DNA from: Microthyrium microscopicum | Lineage: Eukaryota | NCBI GenBank assembly: GCA_010405405.1 | Contig: MU004233.1 | Span: 2,396,539 to 2,460,538, forward strand | Length of the DNA: 64,000 nt | Reading direction: 5' to 3' | Shown here: positions 1 through 12,883 of the stretch, in pieces | Numbering within the stretch: position 1 is the stretch's first letter | Layout of the letters: every line of letters begins with the position of its first letter | Translations under genes and position numbers: made by a program | The notes under the pieces: generated by a model | Database searches by the model: none | What the model saw: the letters and a program-made list of their open reading frames with translations, nothing else | Told to the model about the DNA's origin: nothing

Positions 1-2
1 CA

Positions 3-329
3 CCCCTCGAAAATTCCCCCATATCACCCGTCTCTCCCAGCACAGGCACCGGTCTTACACGAAATATAACATCCGCCACAGTTGGCATATCACCCATCAC
101 ACCATCCGATGGCACAAGCAGTCTAGCCTCGCTCAGAGGTGGAGCAATAAGAGGTGGTCCCTCGAAGAAGCGCATAAAGGCCTCCGACGTCCACATAATA
201 GGCGGCAGTACACGAAGAGCAGGGAGTGCTCATGGGACGCCTGGAGAAGCATTGGAAGGCGATACTGGGCCAGCACTAACAGATACGCCCGTTGATAGGA
301 AGCGCTTCAGCTTTGAGAGGAAGTTGTAG
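3..329 (+). CDS. 3' end of an unknown protein (partial, begins before the window)
   Basis: Frame 3 is open from the window edge to TAG 327-329 and gives a Ser/Pro/Thr-rich tail ending ...PVDRKRFSFERKL*. Other frames are also partly open, so the frame choice is a judgement. Confidence 0.5.
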   Translation, partial: PLENSPISPVSPSTGTGLTRNITSATVGISPITPSDGTSSLASLRGGAIRGGPSKKRIKASDVHIIGGSTRRAGSAHGTPGEALEGDTGPALTDTPVDRKRFSFERKL

Positions 330-1326
330 ATGAAGAAGGACGCATGGCATGAATTAATTGATATATTTAGCATTTGGTTTTGGTAAGGCATTATTTTATT
401 CCCCAGGTTTGGACGTTGGAAAATGGACTTTTGAGATATACCAGGTCCATGGTGGTACGTAACATGACAATTTCAAATCAGCATAAACACTGCGGGTATA
501 AATTATTGATATCGTGAATCCTTCTACAGGCTTTGATGGTTTGCCAATTGACTTGGCTGGAGATAAGGTTCGGAGTGTTTGTAGGCGGTATACAACCCCT
601 GATACAAGCAGATGTATGTAGTAAGATTGAGGCACAGCAACGATGGGAACTTCCGTTCAATCGATTTCACCAGGTTCTCATTGGCATTATCCTGAGACTC
701 GAGGCTCAATAATACGACATAACGATAGGAACCTAGATACGATCAGAGCGATCATGGTAAGGCAGAACAGCAAAGTGCCAATATTGCAATGGACCCAGGA
801 CGGACACTGCATAATGAGGCTGTGACAAGTACTCTCTCGAGCAAATTGAGTGGTTGGCTACAGTAGGCGCCTATTCCGGGGATTGAAATTTGATGGTGAG
901 AACGAGTACAAGAAGAGAGGGAGGGGCAGAACAGATCCCCCACCACCACCAAGCCAGTCAGTCTCCATCCTTTTTACCTCTTCGGGCCTGCCGACATCTC
1001 AACCGTCAGCTCTACCGCGACTTGACCGCTCTGTCTATATCATCTCGCCTCGTTGTTGCTCTTCTGGCTTACATTATCACCCTATCTTTTCGCAAAATCT
1101 GAACCTGCTGCTGGAGCACTTTTGCCTCGTCTTTTCTGTGCCTCGCCAACCCAATTTCCAAGCAACTTAGCGCGTACGAGGACCGGTGTGTCGTCAGGCG
1201 CAAACAATCGCTACTCTCAGCGCTGTGAATATCATCTACTTCCTATCTAAGCTCACGCGCTGCTGTTGATATATTGCCACCATTTCGAACCGTCCTACAT
1301 ACACTATCCTCGACCTATCTCTAATC

Positions 1327-2826
<1,500 letters not shown>

Positions 2827-3073
2827 TACAGTCTCGTCCCTAACCAGGTCTTTCGATGATTTGCGAGTGTTCACAGAGTAAAATGAATAGCGACGAAATG
2901 AGTGTATGTCAATGTATAACCCAAATAAATTCAGGCGTAGTTTTGGCTAGTTGTGGTTTCTATAGAGCCATATATCGCATATTTGGTCTTCTTTCCAAAC
3001 CACAATACACTATGTGCTGGCAGTCCGCTCTAACAAAGCTCTCCCCATGCCATCTCCACCACCAGTTTCTCAC

Positions 3074-3996
3074 CTATATCTGATCTCCACCATCTAAGAA
3101 ACAAATTAGCTTCCTTCCCTAATCCGAGCACTCTGCTCAACTTACCGATAACAATCAACGTCCCATTCGCATAATCCGCTCGCACAGTATACAAATACGC
3201 CTCCGCCACGTCCGCTGGCGTCCCAACAAAACCCACTGGCAACTTCTCACCCCTCTCCTTAAACAGTGTCTCCTGCTTTTCCTTACTATGTCCCTGCTTA
3301 TCCCACAACTCCGTCTTCACAAGTCCAGGCACCACTGTATTCACCCTTATCTTCTTGCCCTTCAACTCCGCCGCCAAACCCTTCGTCAGCGCCAATACTC
3401 CCCCATTCAACGCACCGCCAATCGAAGCTCCTGCACCAGGACGGAGCGCGGCGGTGCCGGAGGTTAGAGTCAGCGACCCCCCGTTACGTACAATATCGTA
3501 CTTCGCCAACGCTATGTTTCCCACATCATTAGTAAACATGATTGGAGATAAGAGTTCTTACGTACCTTTGCCAGTGACCACACTCCCCCAAAACTTAACC
3601 CCAAACAACCGCTTCGCCTCATCCAAATCCGCATCCACCAACGGTCCACGAATAATATTATCCACCCCACTGAAAACTATATGGTCCAGTGGAGCCAGCT
3701 CGCGCAGGAGCGCAGTGAAAGCTGCTTCGTCGCGAACATCGCCGACACGTCCTTGGACGCTGTTGGAGGGTCCACCGAGGGCGGAGACGGCGGCTTCCAC
3801 GCGGGGTTTGTTGGATGAGATTATTGTTATGATGGCGCCGGCTTCGTGGAGGAGGATTGCCGCGCCGTGACCGATTCTGGGGGATGTGTTAGTGAGTGAA
3901 GAAGGGAATGGGGTGTGTATGGGAGTGGAGGTACCCGGAGGAGCCGCCTATGATGGCGATCTTTTGGCCGGCGAGTTTGTTTAGCTGTTTGGCCAT
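3074..3996 (-). CDS. Short-chain dehydrogenase/reductase (SDR), multi-exon
   Basis: N-terminal IAIIGGSSG|IG Rossmann motif split by an intron; IRVNTVVPGLVKT; GTPADVAEAY; last exon DGGDQI* (TAG 3074-3076). Confidence 0.9.
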
Positions 3997-4552
3997 TCTT
4001 GCTTTAGTGGCTTCTAGGGAGCGATATAGATATCTTGAAATAAGGTTACCGGCGATTGAAGCAATGAAAACGTAAATAAGGTTCAGTGATGGGCACGATG
4101 TTCAAGCTATAGAATGCTATCTTTCAAGAACGCCGCGTCAAAACGATCTAGTCAGCTCTTATACTTCAATAATAATATTTTTTGATGATACGCTACTCTT
4201 ATGCAATATGGCGAACTGGAGCTACACTTATACGAAATCACAAATCGAGAAGCCGAGATCGGGATGTCAGAAGCGGGAATAATTACAATAATTCAAGATG
4301 AACCACAAACATGTTTTTTGAGTGAAGAATTGGACTATATCCCCCTTGAACAGTTCACTAGACACTACTGTAGTATTGGAAGCTCAATCGTCGCGCATGC
4401 GATTACCATAACTGTATCTCTACAACACTGGTTGGTTGTTACTATCACACCATTAAAATTCGCTCGAGAGCAGTATGCTATGCTTTATCCTAATGGCTCT
4501 TCGCCCTGTATCTGAAAAGTTCAACCCTAGATTTGTAGCCCATGAGGATGAG

Positions 4553-6165
4553 CTAGTTATGAATTACCCGCATTTGAGGGGAATTATATGACAAGCGTTG
4601 GTCATGAGATGTCCCCAACAACTCTTCGTGCTCTGACTCCCAGCCATCATCCAGCCAGGGACACGAGATGGCAACTTGCTCCACAAACTTCTGGCTGAAG
4701 CCCATTTTTGCGTCTTGAGGAAGCACGACCTCCAGCTTTTTCAGAGTCTTCCAGCTAGGCAATAGCGAGAGAAGCATTTCACATGGTGTAATTTCGACTG
4801 GGGCAATATCCATGGACATACCATTCGATTGCCTGACATATCGTAGGTCGTAACTGTCTGTGTCCACAAGCCTAGCATTGGTAGCCACAAAGACAATATG
4901 CTCGAGGGCCGAAAGGTCGCAATATTGGTCTAATTCGGCCAATAGAATATTTAGTTCTGGGTCGGAGTAGACAAAATTGACCTTAATGGAGAGTCTTGTC
5001 AGTGAAGCTCCTCGTAACTGTATATTTGTTCAGTGTTAGCGATATGAAATTCCGTTAGAAGTGACTACCGGTATCCTGCTAAAAAGGAGACTTCTTAGTG
5101 GCATAAAGTCCCGATTTATAGCATGCCACTGGAACAACGATGCTGATGTTAGGTATGAATGAAAACTCACCCTAGGTAGAAATTCTAGGCATTGCCTCAT
5201 GCTTTTTACCACAAGTCGAAAGTCATTAAGCTGCCTAAGCGGTAATTCGAAATCGAGGCCATTTCTTGACTGGTGCATGTAGTAGATGTTGAGGGTAAGC
5301 ACCTCGAGGTTAGAATGCTTCACGACCTCATTTTGTATTTCTTCAGACGCCGACTCAGTGAAAACAAAACGTTGAAGAGCACCGCCTTTTACAAAATCCA
5401 AGATTTGGTTGGATATCTGCGGCGAAAGTTGGAATACAGGGGCAATGTCGTAAGCTCTTTGGCAAATGAGTATACGAAGCTTCGGCTTCAACCTCTGAAG
5501 GATATCAAGTCTATACACATATAGAGCTAGAGATTCAGGGTATAGCGTGATTATTTCAAACCTGAGATCTTTTATTCTACTGGAGAAAAAGAGCCTTGCA
5601 TAGCAGAAGGGATCTTCTGCCAGGGTATCCGAGATCCACAAGCTTTCTAGCCGAGGGAACCATGATTTTGGTTCCCGAAAGGTAAGCATCTGTGGAATAA
5701 GCTGAGCATCTATGTCGTATTTGCTCTCACGTATGGAAAGAGACTTGATGCGGTGGGCATAGTAGTCAAACCTCTCACAATCAGCAGATACAATGTCTCG
5801 TCTGAACTCCTAAATACACTCACTTAGACTTTATGAGAAAAATGTGTTCGGTGTAGGGAACAACTTACAATGATTTGCCCATTATGAATGTTTGGTTTGT
5901 TGTACTTGCATCGGACACTGCAAAGACTTGGTGGGAATAGATGAAATAGCTGAGCTAGTCGTGGCACGAACATCCAAAGCGCATTTAGTGCTGGTTCCAG
6001 GAAGTTCTTGGACACCAGGGCAATCTCTAGCAGATATGTTGGCGGATGTAGAGGTACATACTCGATATCCGGGTGGTGGTCGCCAAACGAGTAAGAAGGC
6101 GTAATGTGCTCAACTATCAAGCCACATATCTCGGGCAGTCCCAGAGCCCGTTGACATGCGCTCAT
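4553..6165 (-). CDS. Fungal F-box-like / LRR-like protein, multi-exon
   Basis: MSACQRALGLPEICGLIV, LVSKNFLEPALNALW and (after an intron) CERFDYYAHRIKSL, followed by LxxLxL-type segments. The ORFs 5824-6177, 5036-5689 and 4553-4942 are joined by plausible introns. Confidence 0.6.
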
Positions 6166-6636
6166 ATTGTTCGCCAATGGTTTTCGAGGAAAAGCTTGTG
6201 AAGACAGATGTCCAATAATTGAAAGCCTTGCATGGAAGTTGGAGCGCAGTACAGTAGGTTGAGAAAGACTAACTCAAGTTCAACCAATCATGAGTCTGCT
6301 CAGCCTTGTCAGCCTTGTCCTTAGACGAGAGTATGAACTTTTTCCATGATTGTTCTTTCACAATGTTTGAATCTATCCCAAATTATTCCGGTACTTTCTA
6401 GCGAGTCCGAAGTACAGCTAGCTTTAGTAACCGCCATAGTTGTCTTCACAACAGCCAGAATGTAAACTATTCGAGGGCAAGCCCGGCCTCCTTCATCCAT
6501 GAACTATCGGTGACAAATTGGGAATGAAGTCTCGAGAGACACCATGTAAGCTTAAAATCATATAACCAAGTTCATTTTTCCCGATAAGATAGGCTTTGCA
6601 CCTAGTTACCCGGCCACTTCTGAAGTCTCTCATGCA

Positions 6637-7608
6637 TTACACACTGACACTTTTGACGGAATTGTCACTAAGCCGCTCGATGAAGTGGTCCATTTTCAAC
6701 TCTTTCATCTTCTCCGTGCTCAACTGAGAACGAATCTCGCGCACACGATCAACCCAAAACTGCCATCTCTCAGCGCTGAACCCGTTGGCAGTGACACCAG
6801 CACTGCAAGCAAGCACTCCTGGATACGCAAGGGCAGTGCCAAATTGCACGCCTCTACTTGGAAGTGTCCACGTCTTCCAATTGGATGTGATGAGCCATGC
6901 CCCGATTGCCTGCAGCAAATTCAATTCCGGAACTTCTTTACCAGCATCAAGTGCTCTAAGTCGACGTGGTGCCTCCAAAGCATCATGAAACAAGCGTAGT
7001 GCGCACAGTCCGAGCCTTTTTGGAAGTCCCACAGACACAAGCCGTCCGATAAAACCAATGAGATTGTCACGGCTGTCTGAATCTAAGGTCAAATAGTCGT
7101 TCATCCACTCTTCTTCAATATCCTCCACGAAGAAGGGCAGGTCGGTGGAGAACCGAGCTCCAGTTGTTGTTGTTGTTGCGGCCACAAATGTCTGCTCTCC
7201 AGAATGGCTGACAGAAGGACGAGCAAAAGGGCCCATCTCCCGAAGGCTGAGAATGTACAAGACAATCTCAATCTGTTTGGCGTTTCTATAGTGGTAGCTT
7301 TTCCCTGCTTGGATTACTGTGCGATTGAATATTCTTAGGCTGCCATCGTGGAAATCAGAGGCTTCGAACTTTGCCCATTGACTTATGGCCCAAAGATAGC
7401 TCTCAATCGTCTCATTCAAGGTGTTGTCATGACCTTCCACAGCAGCTTGTTCAAAAAACTTCTTTTCTTCGCGTAGCCTTACTGCGAAACTGTATTTGTC
7501 CTCTTCGTGTGATTTTGCCAACTCCATCCTGTCCTGCAAATGGATGAACGATAAAGAATAAATGTGAAGGTGATTTATCGGGCAGATTGAGCAAAGAATA
7601 TCTGGCAA
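6637..7608 (-). CDS. DUF3632-like fungal protein (start uncertain; first in-frame ATG at 7527)
   Basis: 323-codon ORF with NLIGFIGRL, LRLFHDALE and GFSAERWQFW, motifs I associate with DUF3632. Confidence 0.7.
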   Translation of the reverse strand: MPDILCSICPINHLHIYSLSFIHLQDRMELAKSHEEDKYSFAVRLREEKKFFEQAAVEGHDNTLNETIESYLWAISQWAKFEASDFHDGSLRIFNRTVIQAGKSYHYRNAKQIEIVLYILSLREMGPFARPSVSHSGEQTFVAATTTTTGARFSTDLPFFVEDIEEEWMNDYLTLDSDSRDNLIGFIGRLVSVGLPKRLGLCALRLFHDALEAPRRLRALDAGKEVPELNLLQAIGAWLITSNWKTWTLPSRGVQFGTALAYPGVLACSAGVTANGFSAERWQFWVDRVREIRSQLSTEKMKELKMDHFIERLSDNSVKSVSV

Positions 7609-9529
7609 GTGCTATTGTGCTGAGATGGAATGAAATATCCCGAAATACTTCCAATGTCATGGTTATACTTTATGGAAGAGAAAAGACGTCCCTTGGGCTC
7701 GGGTGCTCACTCAGAGCATTCTGGGCGGCGTAAACACCGGGATTAGTTTCAAAGGATTTTTGCGAGAACAAATAAGATGGGCCAGCAGCTCTCCTTACAT
7801 CAAATATGAAGCTTTGATGAAAAGCCTGGAAGCTTGTGTAGAAGCTTATCGGGAGATGGGTCTCCAAGCTCTGTTATTAACAGGCAGCAGGATGCTGCCA
7901 CCTAGAGTAAACTACGAATGCTCTATCTGTAATTGGCCTTATACTATCTCCTTTGGTTATCATGCTTCCATTCTTGCTTGCAATCCCACAGCGACTGTGC
8001 AGGTCCGTATTCGTAGGATTTACGGCAAGCGATGGGAGTCTCTCAATCAATATATTATCCAATAGAGGTCCATGAATCCAGGGCGCGGTGAGATAGACAG
8101 GAATCTTCAAGCTCCAATGCTAAACATTACGGCATTTAAGATTCCTATTGTATGTATCTGGTGGCCATATGGTCAGTCTATTGCCTCGGCTGTCATTGTT
8201 ATGTCCATTCTTTCGAACAGTCAGATCTGGAGATGTAGGATTAAACTACCATATCGCCGTGACTTGCGATCTCACCGTCAGCCACCGCTCAGATAAGGAA
8301 AGTATCTGTACCGTATATCGCTATGTAGGATTGATCTAGCTGCTGACCGCTCTATATCCTCGTATCAAATCATCAATGTAACGTAAAAAGTGATAAGGAT
8401 TGAAAAAGAGGAACCTAAGTGATGTTCTGGTTGCTCTCCTGCTATCCTTTGCGGCGAGACTATCCAATATGCCTTGAATTCGCAGGATAGGGATGGAGAG
8501 AACACAGCAAAAGAGTTCTAAACTTGGACCATAGTTAACTTCTCTAATTTACCGAACCAATCTATCGAATGTGTTGGCATTCTGCTCGAGACGGGATCAA
8601 GAAAGGGAAAAAGAACATGTCGCCGGTTCTTATAAACCAAACGAGTACTGAAACGCAGTTCTTTCCGCGATTTGGTCATGAAAACACATTCATACGGACC
8701 ACCTCTCCATACAATCAAGCCTACTAGCCACCAGACATGCTTCAGCAATCTTCAAAATTCAAATCTCAACTCTTTTAGCTGCTATCGCCGTATCCATTGC
8801 CACAATCAATGCGCAGAAATACAGTGGAGTAAGTTCTTAGCGGCGTTAAAGTATTCAGTAAACGCTAAAGTCCTATTAGACATGTGCATCTAACAAGTGT
8901 TCTGTTACTCATGACAACTTACAAGTTGGCAACATCAGGCACTTGCGGGAACCTAGTAAGTACAAGATTTAAGTATATCGATAGTAAAAGAGACTGACAG
9001 GTTTGTTAACAGTGTACTAGAGGGGAGTGTACGATCTTCTACCAAGCTAAGATTGGAATACCAGTGGTCACTTGTGTCTAAGCAACAGAGTTGTCTTCTG
9101 TTTGAGCTCATAAGCTTGCTGGAAGCTCTGTCAAGTCTGGTACAAGCTGATGATGATGTGATCATCACAGAATAGATAGAAAATACACTTCAATTTGTTG
9201 AGATTCTGCTGTCAAGATCAAAAGCTTAGGCTTACTAGATCCATTGAAGTAATGGTTTCAAACCAAGATCGTATCTGCTGAGTTGAATACCATCCTATAA
9301 GCTCATCACACTCGGGAGCACTGTATATCCCTTAGAACCTCGTCAAAGCCCACAGTGATCAGATATTCCAAAAGCATACGCGATATAGTTGACCTAAAAG
9401 TCATAAAATTCATTACAATATCCAATAAAGATGTCTCATATATGCTAACGAAGTCATAACTGCCCAGTCTCTCCCCAACCGCATATCACAAGTCACACCC
9501 AACATACACATCCATATCACCTCGTCCAA

Positions 9530-10529
9530 CTACAAACCATTCTGTGGTCTCCACACCACCCTCTTACCCACCACCGGCGCCGGCGTAATCGCCGCCCCAG
9601 ACGCAAAAGACGATCCAGGTGCCCCAGTCGCCGTCGCCGTAGAAGCAGGCACAGTCGGGAATGTCGAACAAGTCGTCCCCCCACTCCCAATCAAATCCGC
9701 CAAATTCTGAATCGCCTGCTCCTCCGCCAACGTCGGTTCCCCCGTTCCTCCATTCGGACTCGGCTCCGGTCCCTGATTCCCCTTTGCATCATATGCCTTC
9801 TTGATATATTTCGCGCTGTCGGAAATATATGTCGTGCCCGCATCATTATAGCTCAAATGGGCATTCACGTCTGTCCCATTGTTGTTGCATAACGGATCAC
9901 CGGGTGCGCAGTTCTCCTTTAACTTTCGTGCGAGGGCGGCGGGGAATGGGGGTGTGTTGCCGCCTTGCGGGGAGAGTTCGTTTGGGCCGCGGTTTCCGGG
10001 GTCGCCGAACATGACGAGGGCGTAGATGCGGTTGTAGAGATACGGTGAGATTTTGGCGGCGGCAAAGTGCATTACGTCGGCGCCTTGGGAGTAGCCGACG
10101 AGGACGTAGGCTTGGGATGGACAGGCGCGGGATTGGGCGTAGAGGTGGTTGAGGGTGTCGTTGACGCCATCTGGGCGAGATTCGCAGCTTAGGTCGGCGG
10201 GATACTAGGCATGTTAGAATGATAAGGGGCTTGTACGGAGATGGGAGACGTACGTTGACGGCATAGCCGGTGATGTTGGGGAGGAGTGCTAGTGTGGCGT
10301 CGAAGAGAGGGTCGCCAACGATGATTCCGTATTTGGGAGCGGGTGGTTCGTTGGTGCCTCGTGCTGTGGATGATTAGTTAGATGTAGACATAGGAAGCTG
10401 ATTGAGATGCGTACCAATGATGAGTTCTAGAGGAGAGCAGGTTATATTGCTAGCGGCAGTATCATCGAGGCTTTGAGCTGATGCTAAAGCAGCGAGCAAG
10501 CCGAGTAGTTGTGCGAAGACGAAAAGCAT
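9530..10529 (-). CDS. Secreted cutinase (CE5 family) with Thr/Ala-rich C-terminal extension
   Basis: Signal peptide MLFVFAQLLGLLAALASA; ARGTNEP; catalytic GYSQGA; VMFGDP; C..GDPLC; AHLSY; two introns. Confidence 0.92.
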
Positions 10530-12178
10530 TGTTGATTCTAGAATCAAAACAGTAAGATTTAATGAAATCAAAGAAGAATATGTCCAGAAGAAAGACGTAT
10601 AATCGTAGTCGTCGTCAAAGAGTTCACATATGCTAGAATGACTGCACCATGCGAAAATCGAAATCAAAGAAGAAGACGATAAGAAAGTAAATATGCTGAA
10701 GTCCAGGGAATCAGGAAGAAAAAGCACCTATAAAAGCAATAGTGAACAGTTCAGGATTTCTGGAAGGATGGGAAAATCTGGAGTATAACAGACATTCAAA
10801 GTCGATGGAACGACCCATGTTTACCATCTTACCATGCACAACTCCTTGAAAATATCGTCTCGCCGCACCTCCATCTCTGCAAATAGTAGACGTCACGATG
10901 CCAAACCTCTCCGCCTGACAAGCAGCCCACTTGTTCAGATCGACCAGGTATTCCAAATGGTAATGGGCGGTAAAAGCCGTGATGGCGGCCATCAGCCTTG
11001 TATTCCTGGGTTCATGTCTACGGCGCAAATCCAATATTGGCTAGGCCTTTGTGGTTGAAGACGGGAAGGTGAAAAGCTTCGATTGTTCCTTGGTGGTCAT
11101 CAAGGCTTCCATGCATAATTGTGCGTGTACATGCTGCTTGTATGATGGAAGGACTGGATCTGCGACAGGGATGGTAGTTGATAGCTGGCAAGCGGGCGTT
11201 GCATCCGCATTGGCCTTGGGCCTGAGAAGCGGCTGTAACTAGTGGCGCATGTGGTGGTGAACACTTATATACGCGAGTTGTTGATAACATGGTGTCGCGC
11301 TATTAGCATGTAGCATGACAAGAAGACGTTATAGGACGTGTGATGGAAGAGGTATGTGCCTCCGGGGCTACCAGGCTCATGATGGAAGCTCGGTAGGTGG
11401 TAGTTGAAGCCATCGGATTATCCCTAGGTTGAGAGAATAATAAGATCCTGATGAAGTGTGGTTGCATTAAGATTGATCCAGAGTTGAGCGATGGTTGGCT
11501 GGTTGGAATAGCAAAAGACTGATGGTGTGGAGGAGGATATACTATCCTCGGCAATATTGAGGGTTAAAATAAAAGCATATAGATCTAAAAACAAATTTAG
11601 AGCACCAAACAAGTCTTCAGAGGCGGAGAGGCAGGCCCGTTTGTGGCGGCCATGAATCAAGGTCGGCAACCTGGTAAGGACAATCCCGAGTTTGGGCGAC
11701 CGTTGACAGGTTTGCTCAGGTTCTCGCCTTGTGGAGATCATTTCGAGTCCTTGATCGACTACCTTCCGAAAGCAGATTAGCAATGGATATCCTTGAATCG
11801 CAATGTAAATCACCCCTGGGCACGTGAGATGCATTTACACTAATCATCAGTCAGTATAGGCAAACTTGAGATAGCCATTTGTTGTTCATTAATTTGCGTT
11901 CTAAGAACGTCTTGGTAGGTAATGACTGTGGCCAATGCCGCGTTAATGCTAATGCTTCGGTATGAAAACAATGTGTCCTATGGATCAAATTAGCTGTCAT
12001 GCTATAGCTGTCAGAAAGCGGAGAAGACAAACCGGTGAACTCCTCGCTCCTTGATGCTGCTACACCATATGCTATGCAATAAAATAAAATCGTTATCCCA
12101 GCAGATAGTACTAGGCTCGTGGTCCATGATCAGTTCTATGGCAGAAATTAGCACGAGGACAACCACTTGCCAATTTTA

Positions 12179-12883
12179 TCAGCTTACCGGAATAGGCGTG
12201 GTCTTGCCATTGCCAGCCCAGACACCACCATGTACCGCCCTCGAAACGCCAACACCAAGTCCTACAGCCAATGCAACAATTGCTAATGCGATGACCACGC
12301 TGACAATGACCCGGTTGCGTTTTCTAAGACGCATCAACGGGTTCTTCGATCGAGCGCGCTTCTCTCGCTTATGTCGTGCTTTCATTTCAACTTGAGATGG
12401 CCACATGGTGCAATCTTGCACTCTTACATCCATCAGCTTTTCATCGTGGACGCCGGGGGCAGCGGTAGCTGATGTTGCAGTCGAAGCCGATGACTGTTGA
12501 CGAGTTGGAGTCGAAGTGCGAATTACTATAGTCGCAAGTTTCGGTTCCATAAGTGGATGAGCGGCTTTTGCATTTATATGCTCGTTACTGACAGTCGGGG
12601 CTTGGTAGTGGCCATCCTCCAGGTCTGATGCTCGGTCATGCTGTTCTGACATTGAGTACGGCGAAGGTAGCGGGGCCTGAATTGGAGTAGATGCTGGTGC
12701 AATGTGATGAAGAGTAGGCCTGGTAGTAGAGCCTTGCTGAGCGTTTAGTGGTGCCATTGGCATAGTGGTCGAGGCTGATGTGGTTGGTGCGGCGTTGGTT
12801 CCAGAGCTGGTCGCTACAAGTGGGGATTTCTTCTCTATGATGACGCCAAATGTAGTTGGCTCATTTTCTTTGGACGTGGACAT
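12179..12883 (-). CDS. Fungal-specific single-pass membrane protein (disordered N-terminus, C-terminal TM)
   Basis: 234-aa ATG ORF; CTMWPS then a basic stretch, then hydrophobic VIVSVVIALAIVALAVGLGVGVS and HGGVW. Confidence 0.75.
   Translation of the reverse strand: MSTSKENEPTTFGVIIEKKSPLVATSSGTNAAPTTSASTTMPMAPLNAQQGSTTRPTLHHIAPASTPIQAPLPSPYSMSEQHDRASDLEDGHYQAPTVSNEHINAKAAHPLMEPKLATIVIRTSTPTRQQSSASTATSATAAPGVHDEKLMDVRVQDCTMWPSQVEMKARHKREKRARSKNPLMRLRKRNRVIVSVVIALAIVALAVGLGVGVSRAVHGGVWAGNGKTTPIPVS

Noticed and set aside
8911..9175. ATG plus intron-like GTAAGT...CTGACAG (8956-9000) as a small gene
   Set aside because: Splicing from this ATG leads to a stop within three codons.
11821..11826. 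Isolated CACGTG
   Set aside because: A single hexamer between unrelated genes with no supporting context.
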